Assembly (NCBI GenBank): GCA_040954595.2
Contig: CM082581.2
Coordinates: 10,539,099-10,603,098 of the forward strand
From: Balanoglossus misakiensis
Lineage: Eukaryota > Animalia > Hemichordata
Reading direction: 5' to 3'
Length of the DNA stretch: 64,000 nt
The notes beneath the pieces were generated by a model. That model worked only from the letters and a program-made list of their open reading frames with translations. It was not told where the DNA came from and did not search any database. The translations under genes and the position numbers were made by a program. Positions 51,702 through 63,914 of the stretch are shown piece after piece (position 1 is the first letter of the stretch; each line of letters begins with the position of its first letter).

Positions 51702-54700
51702 GTGAGGTTATAGTCAGTATCGTCATGACAACACGTTATCTGTCGTGTTGAATGGCCACTATCGCGTAGCGCTTTTGCAGTTTGCGTAACTCGGTAGCCC
51801 ACATACATTTTTATAGCAGTTTAGACATCTTAAACCCGGATTTGTGGCAATTTATTCTGTGTGAATTTTGTTTTGATGAATAAAATAAAAATAAAGGACC
51901 AATATAAGTCCTTTGGAGAGGAAAAAAAGGTTGCTGTATACCCATAGGTAGAATACATTGTTTTGCCATTTTTCTGATTAATTATTTAGAAAACATTGAT
52001 GTACTAAGTACAGCCATTTTACATGTATTACTATTAAGATAGATCATCTCAGACAATTTTTCAGTATTTTCTTACGCGAATATGGCTATATATTGTCGTC
52101 TGACTGTTTTGTGGTTGAATTTACCAAAGATAAACCATCAGTAGAATTTAGAAAGTGGTATTTTCTAATTAAATGCAACTCATTGTAGTTAAATATTTTG
52201 ACTAATATCCAACAGAAACAGCTAACTTAATATCATATTCATCTGAAACACTAAAGAGAATTCTGCTATATTGAATTTTAATTTCTGTTATAATAAAAAC
52301 TTGCGAATAAGTTAATAAAAGTATATCACAGACATCTCGAATCCCCCCAAAAACATGAAGAAGAAAAGTCCAAACAAACCTATTACATACATAGTTTGTT
52401 GTGGTAGACAAGAGCCAAGAAAATGCTCTTTGTTATTACTAAAAAGGTCACAAATTCCTTTTTTGTCTCTTTATAAGTAATGCACAGTGTGAATGAAGAA
52501 CTTTTGCTCAAATTATAAGTATTTTGGACTATCTATGTTATCTTTTGTTGTTCATTTAGTTCTTGCCGGTTCAATAAATTCTTTTTATTTCCATTGTTAG
52601 GGTTTAGAGATAATCCTGTGTTTGTGTAATACAGTTGACTGACTAATTAAGGCAGACAGCATTGATGTCAGACAAACAAGAAGGTCTCCTATGCCATAAA
52701 TCTATTTCAGAAATCACTGAAATTTGACACAACCTCATGAAGGACGTATGCACAGAAAACCATTTAGCAGTTCTGTCCATTAAGAATACTGGCTATGATT
52801 GCAACGTTTTAGCGTGATGATATACTTAAGATGTCATTAAAGGGAGCAGCTGAAATTTGTAGAAGCTGAAACTATAACTTGACTTTGTTATATATATCCA
52901 AGTGGCTTTTTAGTCCCCGAAGATCCTGTGTTTTTATCCTGTCGTGAAAACCGTTGCTGAGAAACGCTTCCTATTAACTTAACCAGTGACTCGAAAATGG
53001 AGTCTCTTTCAGAGTGAAAGAAATAAAAAATTCTATTTTTAGTCAGGGGCGCTTATTTGTGTGTGTGCAGAAAGCATTGCTAAAAGATGAAATGTTCTGC
53101 ACAGTTGCTGAATAAGAAACGTTTGTACGTCTTGTACGATGAAAGGCTGTGAGCAATTAAGTCTAATGGTCTCTGGTTATTTAGTATGTTCAGGAAGAGC
53201 TGTATATGTCAACATCCCAAATCACGTTGAATTCAGCTGTACCATGTCTTCTTCTGTTTTTCCTCCTCGTATTTCATGCACCTTGGATAAATAATTTTAC
53301 TTACGTTTTTTACGAATGCCATAAAATCAATGACACTTTGGCATTTTCTCGGTTCTTCCTTCATCGATAGTTTATTGCATTTTTATTGAAACTTTATATA
53401 GTGAGTTAGTATCGGTTCTGGGTTTATATCCTTGCAAGATATGCGAGCTGTCCTCTGTGTGACAACTACCCATAAAGTCCAACATATCCCCTGAATGGAG
53501 AGAGATTTATTCGAATCATGCTGATGGCTGCAAGTGATGTAATACCTGCCATCGCTGGAATTGTCACTGATCTTAAATCGTCCAATAGTGATCACCGATG
53601 AGGCAATGACAAACTCTTTCACACCCCTACTTCTGTGTACAAAGACCCAGCCAAAGATAATTTTTCATTTTGAGCCAAAGATTATTTCTCATTGAAAAGC
53701 TACCATTGATGCAATTTTTGCAGCCATACATACCATATGCGCCTTAAGATACAGGTTAGAATATGTTTGGCCCAATGTTGATATTCACATGATGAAATTT
53801 ACTCTTGAAATGATATGCTTAATATTACCCCTTGAGGCTGGTATATCTGATACTGGCAATTTACTTTCCCTTGAGGATGGCAGAGTGTATACGTCTATTT
53901 CTCCCCCGAGAATGAAATAAAAAAATTCAGCAATTTACGCACTTTGTTGTGTGAATAATGTAAATGCTGTGTGCTATCTGGAGGGAAATTGAATTGTGGC
54001 TGTCTAAAAATAAACTTTTGTAAATGTCGTATACTTCTATTTACGTGACACAGAAGAGGAAAGAAGTTGCAGATTTCCAAACATCTTCGTCTGATTCTAA
54101 ACATTTGGTTGTCAGTACTGGAACTAGAATTGGTTTGAAGATGCGTTTTATGAGAAAACCTTGAGGGTAATTGATGATAGCGGAGAATGCCAAGTCAGGT
54201 CATCAATTTGGCTGAAGTGTTTTTGTGTGTGAGGAATGAGCTCTCCTGGTCTTGTTTAAAGAATAGATACCACATTCACAAATTTTGTAAACATGATCTG
54301 AGAAAAAAAGGTGCATTGTTGGTAGGGCGAATAGATGATTTATGCTTGTATCATGTCCATTGCGATTGTCATGTTTGGAAAGAGATTAGGTACACTTGGT
54401 TCAAGTGGGAGATGTTGTCACCAGGGAATGCAGTACTAGCAACTTCATTTTAATCGTTTTAATAGCATCAAGTTTTCAGGTTTGCTAGTTGTCATTTAGA
54501 TTCATTTTCAGGATTTTGTGTTTGGTCAATGTTTGAAGGGGAAAAAAGTAAAAAAAGACGTGCTTAATTTGAATCTTTAAAAATTGAAATTTTAAGGAAA
54601 ACGTGTGTTGCAGCAGTAATTATTTTAAGTATGCATGCATGTCTATTGTCTTCCCACTCCAATATTTTTAAAACGCTAATGGCTTTTGATTTTCAACAGG

Positions 54701-55600
54701 TTGAATATCCAGTAGAATAAATGAATGCTTTCAGGTTGTTAAGTAGAAATATCAGCACTGTTTTGTGCTAGATATTGCGTGACAGACTTTGAGTCGAACA
54801 GTATCAACATGGTTAATCGCATTCTATCAACAGGCGTTTGATAACATGGTGATAAAGGCCACAGTTCAGAGTACAAACTTCACATCAATTGGTGTCAGGG
54901 ACATTCTTATTGAGAGATTGCCATTTCAAAATAGTCACATCACGTGGCATAGTTGTGGTGAAACACTGTTGCCCACATCTAAGTACTTGTTGATTGAGAA
55001 GTCTGTGGAATGAACATGTACATTTTTACACCAAAATATAAGATTTCATTCATTTATTTCAGTTGTAATATGTAGCGGCTGTTTAGTCACAATGTGTGAT
55101 TAGTACATGTACGTCACAATCTAACAAGTTTGCCTAGTCTATTAGCTGATTAATGAAACCATTTATTATTTAAGATCTGTCTGTTACCATGGTTTTAGCA
55201 AAAACATTGGGCAATCATTTTATCCATTTAATTAAACAAACATGTCTCCTAGTTTTGTTAATGGAATTAGAATTTTCTAATAGATGGTAGCCAATACTAA
55301 TTTATTTGTTGTTGATATACTAATTAAAGATTTTCATCAACTGCAGTTACTTTGAAACATGACTTAAGGCCCATAAGCTGCCTTAGCTGCAACTATTGGC
55401 ATATACTCAAAATAAAATTTCCTCACAGAGATGTATATAGTGAACGATAGACTTATATTAGTTACCACTGAATGGGACTTCATTTGAAAGTTTTAGCAAG
55501 CTAAATAATAAATGGGTGTGGCAGATTTTAGAGTAACAGGTCAGGGCCTTTAACTATTGATTCGGCTGTTGTTAATCTCAGATGATATTTTTCTTTCCAG

Positions 55601-55869
55601 ACTCCTGATGGAAATGGTAGAAACGGACGCTTTTCTGGGTTCTCAAACTTCTTTTCCTTTGGGAAAAACAAATCCAAAAGTCACAGTGGTCACCATGGCA
55701 GCAGACCCGGATCGAACAAGGAATTGCCACCCATCAATCCGGGACAGAATTCGTTGGTCAACTCCTCCGTGGGCGGTTCCCAGTCAGCCCCACCGCCAAA
55801 CGTCCATTCGCCAGAAGAAGACTCAGAGCCAATCAGCAATGTGAAACCCAGAACTTACAAAGAGTTTAG
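55601..55869 (+). CDS. HECTD2: HECTD2 exon (TPDGNGRNGRFSGFSNFFSFG...ELPPINP...VKPRTYKEFR)
   Basis: ctttccag acceptor, AG|gtaaag donor, 269 nt, open. Confidence 0.85.
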
Positions 55870-56069
55870 GTAAAGTGTCTGTGTCGTCTGTTGCCATGGC
55901 AGTTTCAGATTGATTATTTTTCTCTGAAACTTCTTTGCAGCTGTTTGACAAGTTGTCTATTCGATATCTGGTTTGTATGTCGATCCCGTTGGATCAACAA
56001 CCACAACAATCTCATTTACATCTTTGAGATAGTGAAATGTGGACACTTTCTTTTATTTTTCCTTTGCAG

Positions 56070-56172
56070 GGATGAACTTGAGAAAGCTAAACTGTCCGGC
56101 AACTACAGATCCATGATGGAATTTTTTGAGGTTACATTCAGCTCATCCCAACTTCTCAATGCAACCTTTAAG
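56070..56172 (+). CDS. HECTD2: HECTD2 exon (DELEKAKLSGNYRSMMEFFEVTFSSSQLLNATFK)
   Basis: ctttgcag / AAG|gtatga, 103 nt; resembles the HECTD2 ..TTFDSFPELNAAFK segment. Confidence 0.92.
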
Positions 56173-56319
56173 GTATGAACATTCTGTCGTGAACCTTCAT
56201 ATCTTCATTATGATCTTCTCACTTAACTTTTCTAGTGATTTAAAAAAGATGAAAAGGTAGACATGACAGAAACAGAGATTTGCATTTGAAAAAAAAAATG
56301 TTCTGATTTTTCTCTGCAG

Positions 56320-56474
56320 AAAGATGCACATAAAGATTACAAGACGATAGAAGACTGTGGATTAAACCAGGACTATGTAAATGCTGTCTATGAAAGTATA
56401 GAATTGGTCACTGGTGACATCAGAAAAGCTGTGCTCAAAGCCATCATTAATAGTCTGCTCAAAGACATGAAAAA
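56320..56474 (+). CDS. HECTD2: HECTD2 exon (KDAHKDYKTIEDCGLNQDYVNAVYES...VLKAIINSLLKDMK)
   Basis: ctctgcag / AA|gtaggt, 155 nt. Confidence 0.93.
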
Positions 56475-56587
56475 GTAGGTATATAACTGCTTGGGGTGGG
56501 GTTGGGCATTAGCATTATATTATGTACATCACCTACATATATATATACATATATACATGAATATACTTTTCTTCATCTCATTTTTAG

Positions 56588-56633
56588 ACCACGCAATAAA
56601 GATGATTTACGAGCCTACCTGATACTTGTACAG
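56588..56633 (+). CDS. HECTD2: HECTD2 exon (PRNKDDLRAYLILVQ)
   Basis: tttttag / CAG|gtaagt, 46 nt. Confidence 0.95.
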
Positions 56634-58565
56634 GTAAGTGGCCTTCGGTGATCAGATGCATCAGGAAAGTTGGCAAAAATGATAATGTTCATGGAATTTC
56701 TGTGAACCCTCTTACCATCGTCAGTTTCTTGCTAATGCACGGTGTCATTTCACAAACCTTCTATCGCAAATCTGGAACAACGATACTTGATATCAGTGTT
56801 CAGTCAGAATGCAAATAATTTAATCTGCGGCCATATCAAGTTGAGATCTAGACCTTGTTCTGTGTAGAGTGTAAATATCCCTTGCAGAGCCATCAAGAAA
56901 ATTGGTTAAATAATGCATGTACATAGTTTAATGGTATATTTCGTTGCTCGAATCGATATGTTTGCACAGAGGCAGAAGGACCCTCTTAAAATTGGTTTGC
57001 TTCCAAATATTAATGGTCGTGGTACGTTTGATCCTTATCTGCAGTCTTATCAAATTACAATCTGGAGTAAAAAATCCATGCTTATACTAATATGCTGATG
57101 TGAGCCAAAGATAAACGTAGCATGAGCAGATACTGTTTTGTAAGTTGAAGAGAGAAAGTTATGATTTTCAGTCACTTCTGTGTTTCATGGGCAACAGAAT
57201 GGAGGTGCGTCACTCGTCACTTCTGTCGCGCGTCAAAATGAAAGTGAAATGCGAAACGCGCGTTTTCTTTCTTGACTCAGAAAACACAGCAGAAAGGAAA
57301 GGAAATTGGCGGCAATTCATCACCTGAATAACTACAGTTACTTCATTTTTGTGTCCACACGCACACTCGCAGCGCAAATACACCTAGCCCCCCACGCCAC
57401 AAAAAAAATTACGTACGGCTGAGATCAAAGATGCAATTTGATCCCTTTGTGAGCTGAGTAAATACCCGTGCCAAGCGCTTTTCACATTTATGAAACACTT
57501 TTATTGCCTGTCTAGACTAATATTTATTAGTTTCTTGGAGGAAAACGTACAGGATCAGCCAAATCGACAAATTTTACTTGGCACATAAATTTTTGTGTGT
57601 TCATTCAACTTTGGAATAATTGGTCATGCATGCGCTGTACATCTCTCAGCCTCTAAAGAGGACTGCAATTACTCGTTTGCTATCAATTTGCTTTTTTTTA
57701 CATCGTTTGAAAATGAAGGTAATTTCACTGAGCTCATGTGGACAGTGAGATTCTAATCAGAGAATTGTGTTTTGTCTTGATGAACGAGATTCTGTTGCTT
57801 CACATTCCTGTGAACGCACACCTGTTATTGTTAAAGGAAAATGACGTTGATAATTTTGTAAGGATAGCTCTGTTTTGTGGCTATGGCTCAGAGTCTAGTA
57901 AGAATGTACAGATATTAATTCCTTTCGGGAAGAGAATTTTGAAATTTTGGTGAGATTGAGCGAAACTGCGGGTAATTTAGACTGGTGTTTACTGTAATTG
58001 CCATTATGGATAACGCTCTTCATAAACTGAAAATGCAGGGGAAAAAATGGCTGAGATGTAATAATTTGTCTGAATTCCTGTTATTGTCCCATGAGATGAA
58101 CAGATCTTTAATAAATCAACATGGACCTTTTGTGAAAAATTTCAGGAAAATGGCAAAAGCAGTGGTTCAATACATTCTTAAACATCTCAACAAATTAAAA
58201 AAAAAACTGTTTCTTGCATTTCCACAGAGATGACTCTGGAATACGATACCTTTCCATTACCCATGGGTAATCTCTTAACTCAAGCATTTAATTCTCTACA
58301 CGCTGCTAAATTTCCATCAGTGAAATTAGTCTTTTTTAAGCCTGAGTATTCTTGTTGCCAATTGTGTGTTTATGTGCATGGCAACCCATGAGAGCTGGAG
58401 GTTAGATTAAATTACAAATAGCCAAATCAATAATGAACTTTTTCGGTCTTGTTTGAGAAAGTTAAACCTACACTTCTGAGGAGTTTACAGTGTAGTTTAT
58501 TTATTTGGCCTTGAAGAATTTCCGTGGAAACTTTTGATTTGATTTTTTCCTTATTTCTGTTGCAG

Positions 58566-58675
58566 AATCCACAATTTTCATCAACGTCGACGTACGTGAT
58601 ATTTGCACATTTACTACGCCAAATGGCAGCGCTAACAGACCACGATCATCATTTCCTGGTTCACTGGTTCAAAAA
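58566..58675 (+). CDS. HECTD2: HECTD2 exon (NPQFSSTSTYVIFAHLLRQMAALTDHDHHFLVHWFK)
   Basis: ttgcag / AA|gtaagt, 110 nt. Confidence 0.96.
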
Positions 58676-59106
58676 GTAAGTGTTGAAAGTAGCATGTTTC
58701 ATATGTTTCACAGAGCGAAAAAAGACCCAATTCTGGTGCACTGCCAACTTGTAGCATTTAGTCTTCATTTTTTTTTTGCCTTTTATGCTAATACCATTAT
58801 GTTGGAAGCAATTGTTGATACCAGTGTGTGTCATTTGCTGTATTTGTACAGTATGTTGACGTGCAAACTCCCGTTGTTTTCTATTGATCATTATTGATCT
58901 CTGCCGTGGAAGTCCTTTTGATCGGGTTGTCTCTGGCTGGTCAAATCGATATTTGGTCTCAATTGATTCTTCTTAGCTTTTCCTAAATTGTGATGAAGAG
59001 ATGCAAAGAAAAACAAATCCTGGCCTCAGCCATTTTCAGAAACAAGTAACAGATCACAACATAGTAGAAGAATCATCCCTAATGACAAGTTCTGTTTTAT
59101 CATAGT

Positions 59107-59115
59107 GAGGGAGGG

Positions 59116-59154
<39 letters not shown>

Positions 59155-59203
59155 GGGGAGGAGGGAGAGAGGGCGGGGTCAAGGGAGGGAGAGAGAGAGA
59201 GAG
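59107..59203. repeat. (GA)n / polypurine tract
   Basis: Seen directly. Confidence 0.9.
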
Positions 59204-59447
59204 TCTAAAAGTTTTTGAAGTAATTAATTTGGGTCTATTTTGTGATTTACACATTTTAGATTCTAAAAAAATCAAATTTTTTCAAAGTTGTGAAACTTTT
59301 CTGAAGATCTGAAAACTTTTTTGCATCACCCCCCCCCCCAAAAAAAAGAAAAGTTATGAAAAAGAATTTTTTTTATGCCAGTTTAGTCACTTCTGTTCAG
59401 CTGTTTTATTTAGATAACCAACAATGATTTTTTTATATGTTTTACAG

Positions 59448-59596
59448 GCTACCTGTGGAAAAATTCAAATCGCTGGTGAATAAACTAGTACAGTTTGTAT
59501 CAATACGACTGTTTCCGCCAGCCCGCGCTGAACTGCCGTCCATGAATAAGTGTTCCTGGTGGATCCCTTCAGCAACAAAAGTTCTAGCCCTTCTTA
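59448..59596 (+). CDS. HECTD2: HECTD2 exon (LPVEKFKSLVNKLVQFVSIRLFP...KCSWWIPSATKVLALL)
   Basis: tttacag / A|gtgagt, 149 nt. Confidence 0.96.
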
Positions 59597-59688
59597 GTGA
59601 GTAACATTCCCCTTTACAACTACACCTTGTTTCATATTTTAACTCCCTGAGGTCTGTAAACATCAATTCTTTTGATCTATTTTGCCAG

Positions 59689-59812
59689 ATGCTGCCAATA
59701 CTCTCTCCACTCCGACGATCATTCCGTACTTAGAATTCTACAATGAGACGTTGGACAACATGGATCTGATGTCAGAGTACTACGCGTGGCAAAATCCATC
59801 CAAGAATCAAGT
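59689..59812 (+). CDS. HECTD2: HECTD2 exon (NAANTLSTPTIIPYLEFYNETLDNMDLMSEYYAWQNPSKNQ)
   Basis: ttgccag / GT|gtgagt, 124 nt. Confidence 0.94.
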
Positions 59813-60027
59813 GTGAGTTAATGTGTTCTATCGATCAAGAGTAAAAGCAAAACTGTGTTGTCGGCATCTTCAATGCTATTTTCTCACTGTCTCAAAAAAC
59901 TCCTGCTTTCTGTGATATTGATCTATGAGCGATGATACGGTCCCACAACACAGAACCTGATCAGATTTTCTCGTGGGGTAGTATGTGGTTTTTGACTTTG
60001 CAACTCTGTATCTGTCTTCTCTCGTAG

Positions 60028-60124
60028 GTTCTCATTTTGCCAGTACCCATTTGTACTGAGTTTAACTGCCAAGAGGACAATCATGCAGAAAGATTCCGAA
60101 CAGCAGATGATAGTGATGGCCAGG
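60028..60124 (+). CDS. HECTD2: HECTD2 exon (FSFCQYPFVLSLTAKRTIMQKDSEQQMIVMAR)
   Basis: ctcgtag / AGG|gtgagt, 97 nt. Confidence 0.96.
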
Positions 60125-61092
60125 GTGAGTGACTGGGACAATGTGGAAGCAATGACTGCATCTTTCAGATTACTTTTAGCACTTTTCAGTAATACATATA
60201 CCACACAGATGACCATTCTGACCACACCAATGACCAACCCTCCCCCCCCCCCCAAAACTTATCTGAGATATGACCATCAGGTGACCACTGTTGCTTCACA
60301 CAGGTCAGAATTCCTATAAAAGTCACCTTCTGAAACCAGTCATCCAGATCGGAAGAAAATTACACTCAAGTATTGACGTCGGTTTCTGCTAGCTGTCGGC
60401 ATGACAACCTGCATGCACGCTTCACGTATGACAGCCCAACCACTCCATGATCGATTTTGATGAATTAACTCTGTTCCACATCATTGCAAACAATTTGAGT
60501 GGAATTGTGTTAGTAATAATGTCCCCCAACTCTTGTGTGAGCACTGCAAATAAGAAAGGCAAACCGTTCGGTCATTTAAGTTATTCGAGTATAAGCTCCT
60601 GAAGAAACAACTACCCAGTGATGTGAATGCTTCCTCTAATTTCATTGCTGCATCATAATTGATTTGAGGTTTTGACCAATACTGCATACGAGCGTACCGG
60701 GAATGCTGTGTGCGGGTGATTCTTTCTTCTTTCAAAAAGTGATGTTTTGTTTTCCACTTGCATACTACATTGCAGTTATTTTGAAAATATGTTTTCTCCA
60801 GCTTGTGAAAAATTTGGAAAAAAACAATGTGTACCTTGCACTGGCCTGATAAATGATAAAATAATGTCATTTTCTGAAGAAGTAAAAACCTTGGTAGCAT
60901 CGATTTATATGATGAATGAAAAAGCATACTCAGTTCAGGATAAATATTTGTTGTGGAGCTGTGTTGATCCAGTTTTAATGAAGTCTCCCAGACTTGTTTG
61001 ACCAAGGCTTAAGTTTTCAAACTATTTGTGGACGTTTTATACTTTATTGAGGAACCTTCTGGAGATGTCTCCACCCTGTTCTTCTTTGATAA

Positions 61093-61190
61093 GGGGGGAA
61101 CCATTTGGTTTCGGGGGGGGGGGGGGGGGGGGGAGTTTGGGTATGTCCAAAAATCCTCCACCCCCACCCCGAAATCAAATGGTTCTCCCC
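61093..61190. mobile_element. MITE-like element with ~24 bp TIRs (PIF/Harbinger-like)
   Basis: Left GGGGGGAACCATTTGGTTTCGGGG vs right CCCCGAAATCAAATGGTTCTCCCC (2 mismatches); flanks TAA / TAC. Confidence 0.75.
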
Positions 61191-61653
61191 TACTTGGGAC
61201 ATGGTTGCTGAGTGACTGTGATTGGCAGTGGAAACTCCAGACCATCAAAATTAATATGTGTCTCAGCAAACATTGCTATTTGAAACCTTTATTTTACAAA
61301 GTTCATTCTTTGTGATAGTATTTGTCTGTTTCTGACAGTACTGAAATATTACCCATCTGAATTCATTGATTGTCTGTTGGTGATATCACTGAATGTTTGA
61401 AAGTGTTTATTTTGCGTTCAGTGGCTCGTTCAATGAAGCGTAAAATTGAATTCTAATCATGTAATGGTTTTTGGAAGCCAATTTGAACAAGGTCCGACGA
61501 TAAGTGACCGATATCACAAACGTTAATCATCCACATTGTAGGAAACTTTTCCGATACATATCTTCAGAAATTCTCCGAAAGATTTGAAATTCTCCAAAAA
61601 AAACAAATGAATTTACTCACCAGACATATCTGTGTATTCCTCCTTCCTTGCAG

Positions 61654-61761
61654 CGGAGTCTAGTGGCCAAGGTGCAACAGAGGCAGATACCAGACATGGG
61701 AATGTTGTTTCTAAATCTCAAAGTTCGACGCTCGCATTTAGTGAGTGATTCTCTGCATGAG
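61654..61761 (+). CDS. HECTD2: HECTD2 exon (RSLVAKVQQRQIPDMGMLFLNLKVRRSHLVSDSLHE)
   Basis: ccttgcag / GAG|gtgagt, 108 nt; start of the HECT N-lobe. Confidence 0.96.
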
Positions 61762-62094
61762 GTGAGTTGCCGCAAAAATAAATTATTGACGGTATAATCA
61801 TGAAATTTTTTTATGAGCGCTCATCACAGTGCAATTCCATTACCATGCACTATTTATTATCTAGGATATATATGTCATTTCTGAGATAATAATTTTCCAC
61901 TGCAATATTATGCGTTGGTAGCATAGCTTCAGTTCGGATCCATAACTAAACCCTGGTACTGGGAGGAATGCAGTTTTCAGAATAAAGAATTTGTTTAATT
62001 TACCACTAGTTTACCATTTTTAGGTTGTGGAATTTATGAAACGTTATTTATTTGTCCTTTTAATTTTCAAAATGGTGTCCGTTTTTTTTCTCAG

Positions 62095-62227
62095 ATCGCT
62101 CAAAAGAAACACGACCTGAAAAAGAAACTGAGAGTGACATTTACTGGGGAGCCTGGTTTAGACATGGGTGGGCTGACCAAAGAATGGTTTCTTCTTTTGT
62201 TAAGAAAAATCTTCAGAGAGGAGTATG
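62095..62227 (+). CDS. HECTD2: HECTD2 exon, HECT domain (IAQKKHDLKKKLRVTFTGEPGLDMGGLTKEWFLLLLRKIFREEY)
   Basis: ttctcag / G|gtgagt, 133 nt; HECT motif F.GE.G.D.GG..KEWF. Confidence 0.97.
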
Positions 62228-62369
62228 GTGAGTATTGTAACCCTTTCGACCCCCCTTTCACAATGTACAGGTCAAGTCAGCTCCAGTTTGTGTGTCTGTC
62301 TTTCTGCAGAATCTATTCGGTATACATCAACAATTTACATTCTCTCTTTCTCTCTCGCTTACTCACCAG

Positions 62370-62458
62370 GAATGTTTTCCCATGATTCAAAGTCAAGAAG
62401 TTTTTGGTTCAACCACGCATGCACCGACTGCAACCAAGAGTTCAACCTCGTCGGCGTT
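62370..62458 (+). CDS. HECTD2: HECTD2 exon, HECT domain (GMFSHDSKSRSFWFNHACTDCNQEFNLVGV)
   Basis: ctcaccag acceptor; ends at a U12-type donor GTATCCTTT; 89 nt. Confidence 0.94.
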
Positions 62459-63752
62459 GTATCCTTTCATCCTGAATTCCCAGCTTCAGGAAACTTTAAT
62501 ATTTTTTTTAAAAGCACTGGAAAATAGTCATACCTATTATCATAAAACGTCCTTGTAACACGAAGGCTGTTCACTTGTAAATACTACATGTCACATTTTC
62601 CCAATGAATAGAACTTGTCAGAACAATCACACAAAGTCTTGTCAGATTTGATGTGGGTATTGTTTTTTTGCTGTGTGAAGAATGACCAGGAAATCCTTTG
62701 TGTGGAATTGATGGAGGAAGGAAGGAAGGAAGGAGTCAATTGGCTGCCAATTACTTCTGTTACATGTCTGGTCACATTTTATATTCCAGGAAGTAAATTT
62801 ATTGTGCATTTTGCCTGCAGACAGTTTTTTTTTTACGAGCAGAAAGTCCCCGTGGGAACGGGATATGACGGTGTTGTGACCACAAATGTTCTGAGAAAGG
62901 TAGCTCGATCTACGTGGCAGGGGATGGCCGTTAGACACAGCCAATATGCCACACAGAGCTATGATAAAGGTAACTGCCACCAATCCTTATGCAAAGATGG
63001 CTGAGTCGACTTTGCCAATCTGCTTTTTTAACCCTTTCACCACCATGGTTCAGTCCAAACCCATTGTTTTCTGTGGTAAGGTTGGACCTCTAAAGAGGGA
63101 AGTGGGGTTGAAAGGGTTTAATGCACATAAATGATATGCTATGTCTTTTGGTGATTGTCAGGTGGAACACTCAAAAGTGCCCTGCATAACAAAATGAAAT
63201 TGTAATCATAATTTGTTATTAATGACGTAGCATGATATACAATTGTGTTCACTAGGTTTTGACAGCTAATACATCAAAATGTGATCGATTTTCAAAGGCT
63301 AGATGTTGACAGCTGTTCCAAGAAATAGTTTCAAAGGGGCAAAGTTGCTCTGTGGTTATTCTTGTGTCATGTGCGCAGTGCAATGTAAAGCCAGGCTGAG
63401 AGATGTTAATTAATCAGCAAGTAACGAGGGTGGCTGATTTAGGGCTTGTCAACACAAACCTAGTGTTTTCCCAGGGGAAGGGAATGTGACAAAGTGGTTT
63501 TTATCATAATGACTCACCATTTATAGATTGTCAATCCAACGTAATTGGACACCCTGGACAATTAACGACGACACACAACAGATCAAATGAGTCGCGTGAT
63601 GTTGTTTCTGGATAGTGATGTTTCTTGTTGCTAGGCAACAGTAAACCTGTTGCTCATCATCAGGGGGAACAATCTTCTCCATCTATAAAAAAGAGACAAA
63701 TCTTGGTTCCCAAACTGTGAGTTGACCTTCCTTGACCCACACATTGACTCAG
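62459..63752 (+). other. U12-type (minor spliceosome) GT-AG intron
   Basis: 5'ss GTATCCTTT; branch site TTCCTTGAC at 63728-63736; CAG 3'ss with no polypyrimidine tract; phase 0 join LVGV|LMGLAVYNS. Confidence 0.93.
63032..63116. mobile_element. ~85 bp TTAA-flanked MITE (piggyBac-like ends CCCTTTCA...TGAAAGGG)
   Basis: TTAA on the left, TTTAA on the right; 12/14 TIR match; diverged sister copy at 46367. Confidence 0.7.
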
Positions 63753-63914
63753 CTCATGGGCTTGGCTGTGTACAACAGCATCAACTTGGATATTCGGTTC
63801 CCGCCCGTCACCTACAAGAAGTTACTGAGTCCGGCAGTTGTTCCCTACAATAATCCCAGAGCGCCAGTTGGAAGAGCCAATGTCATTCTGGATGACCTGG
63901 CTGGTGTTTCTCCG
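63753..63914 (+). CDS. HECTD2: HECTD2 exon, HECT domain (LMGLAVYNSINLDIRFPPVTYKKLLSP...DDLAGVSP)
   Basis: ctcag acceptor, CCG|gtaagt donor, 162 nt; gene continues beyond the window. Confidence 0.96.

Larger units (their letters stand above)
51450..63914 (+). other. HECTD2: HECTD2 E3 ubiquitin ligase gene span, 3'-partial; 13 coding exons in window
   Basis: Exons join in phase; diagnostic segments PRNKDDLRAY, HHFLVHWFKK, KCSWWIPSA, GLDMGGLTKEWF, LMGLAVYNSI. Confidence 0.95.

Noticed and set aside
51380-51808. 142-aa antisense ORF
   Set aside because: Antisense shadow of the GC-rich first HECTD2 exon.
60481-61005. 174-aa - strand ORF in a HECTD2 intron
   Set aside because: No domain or transposase motifs recognised; low-information composition.
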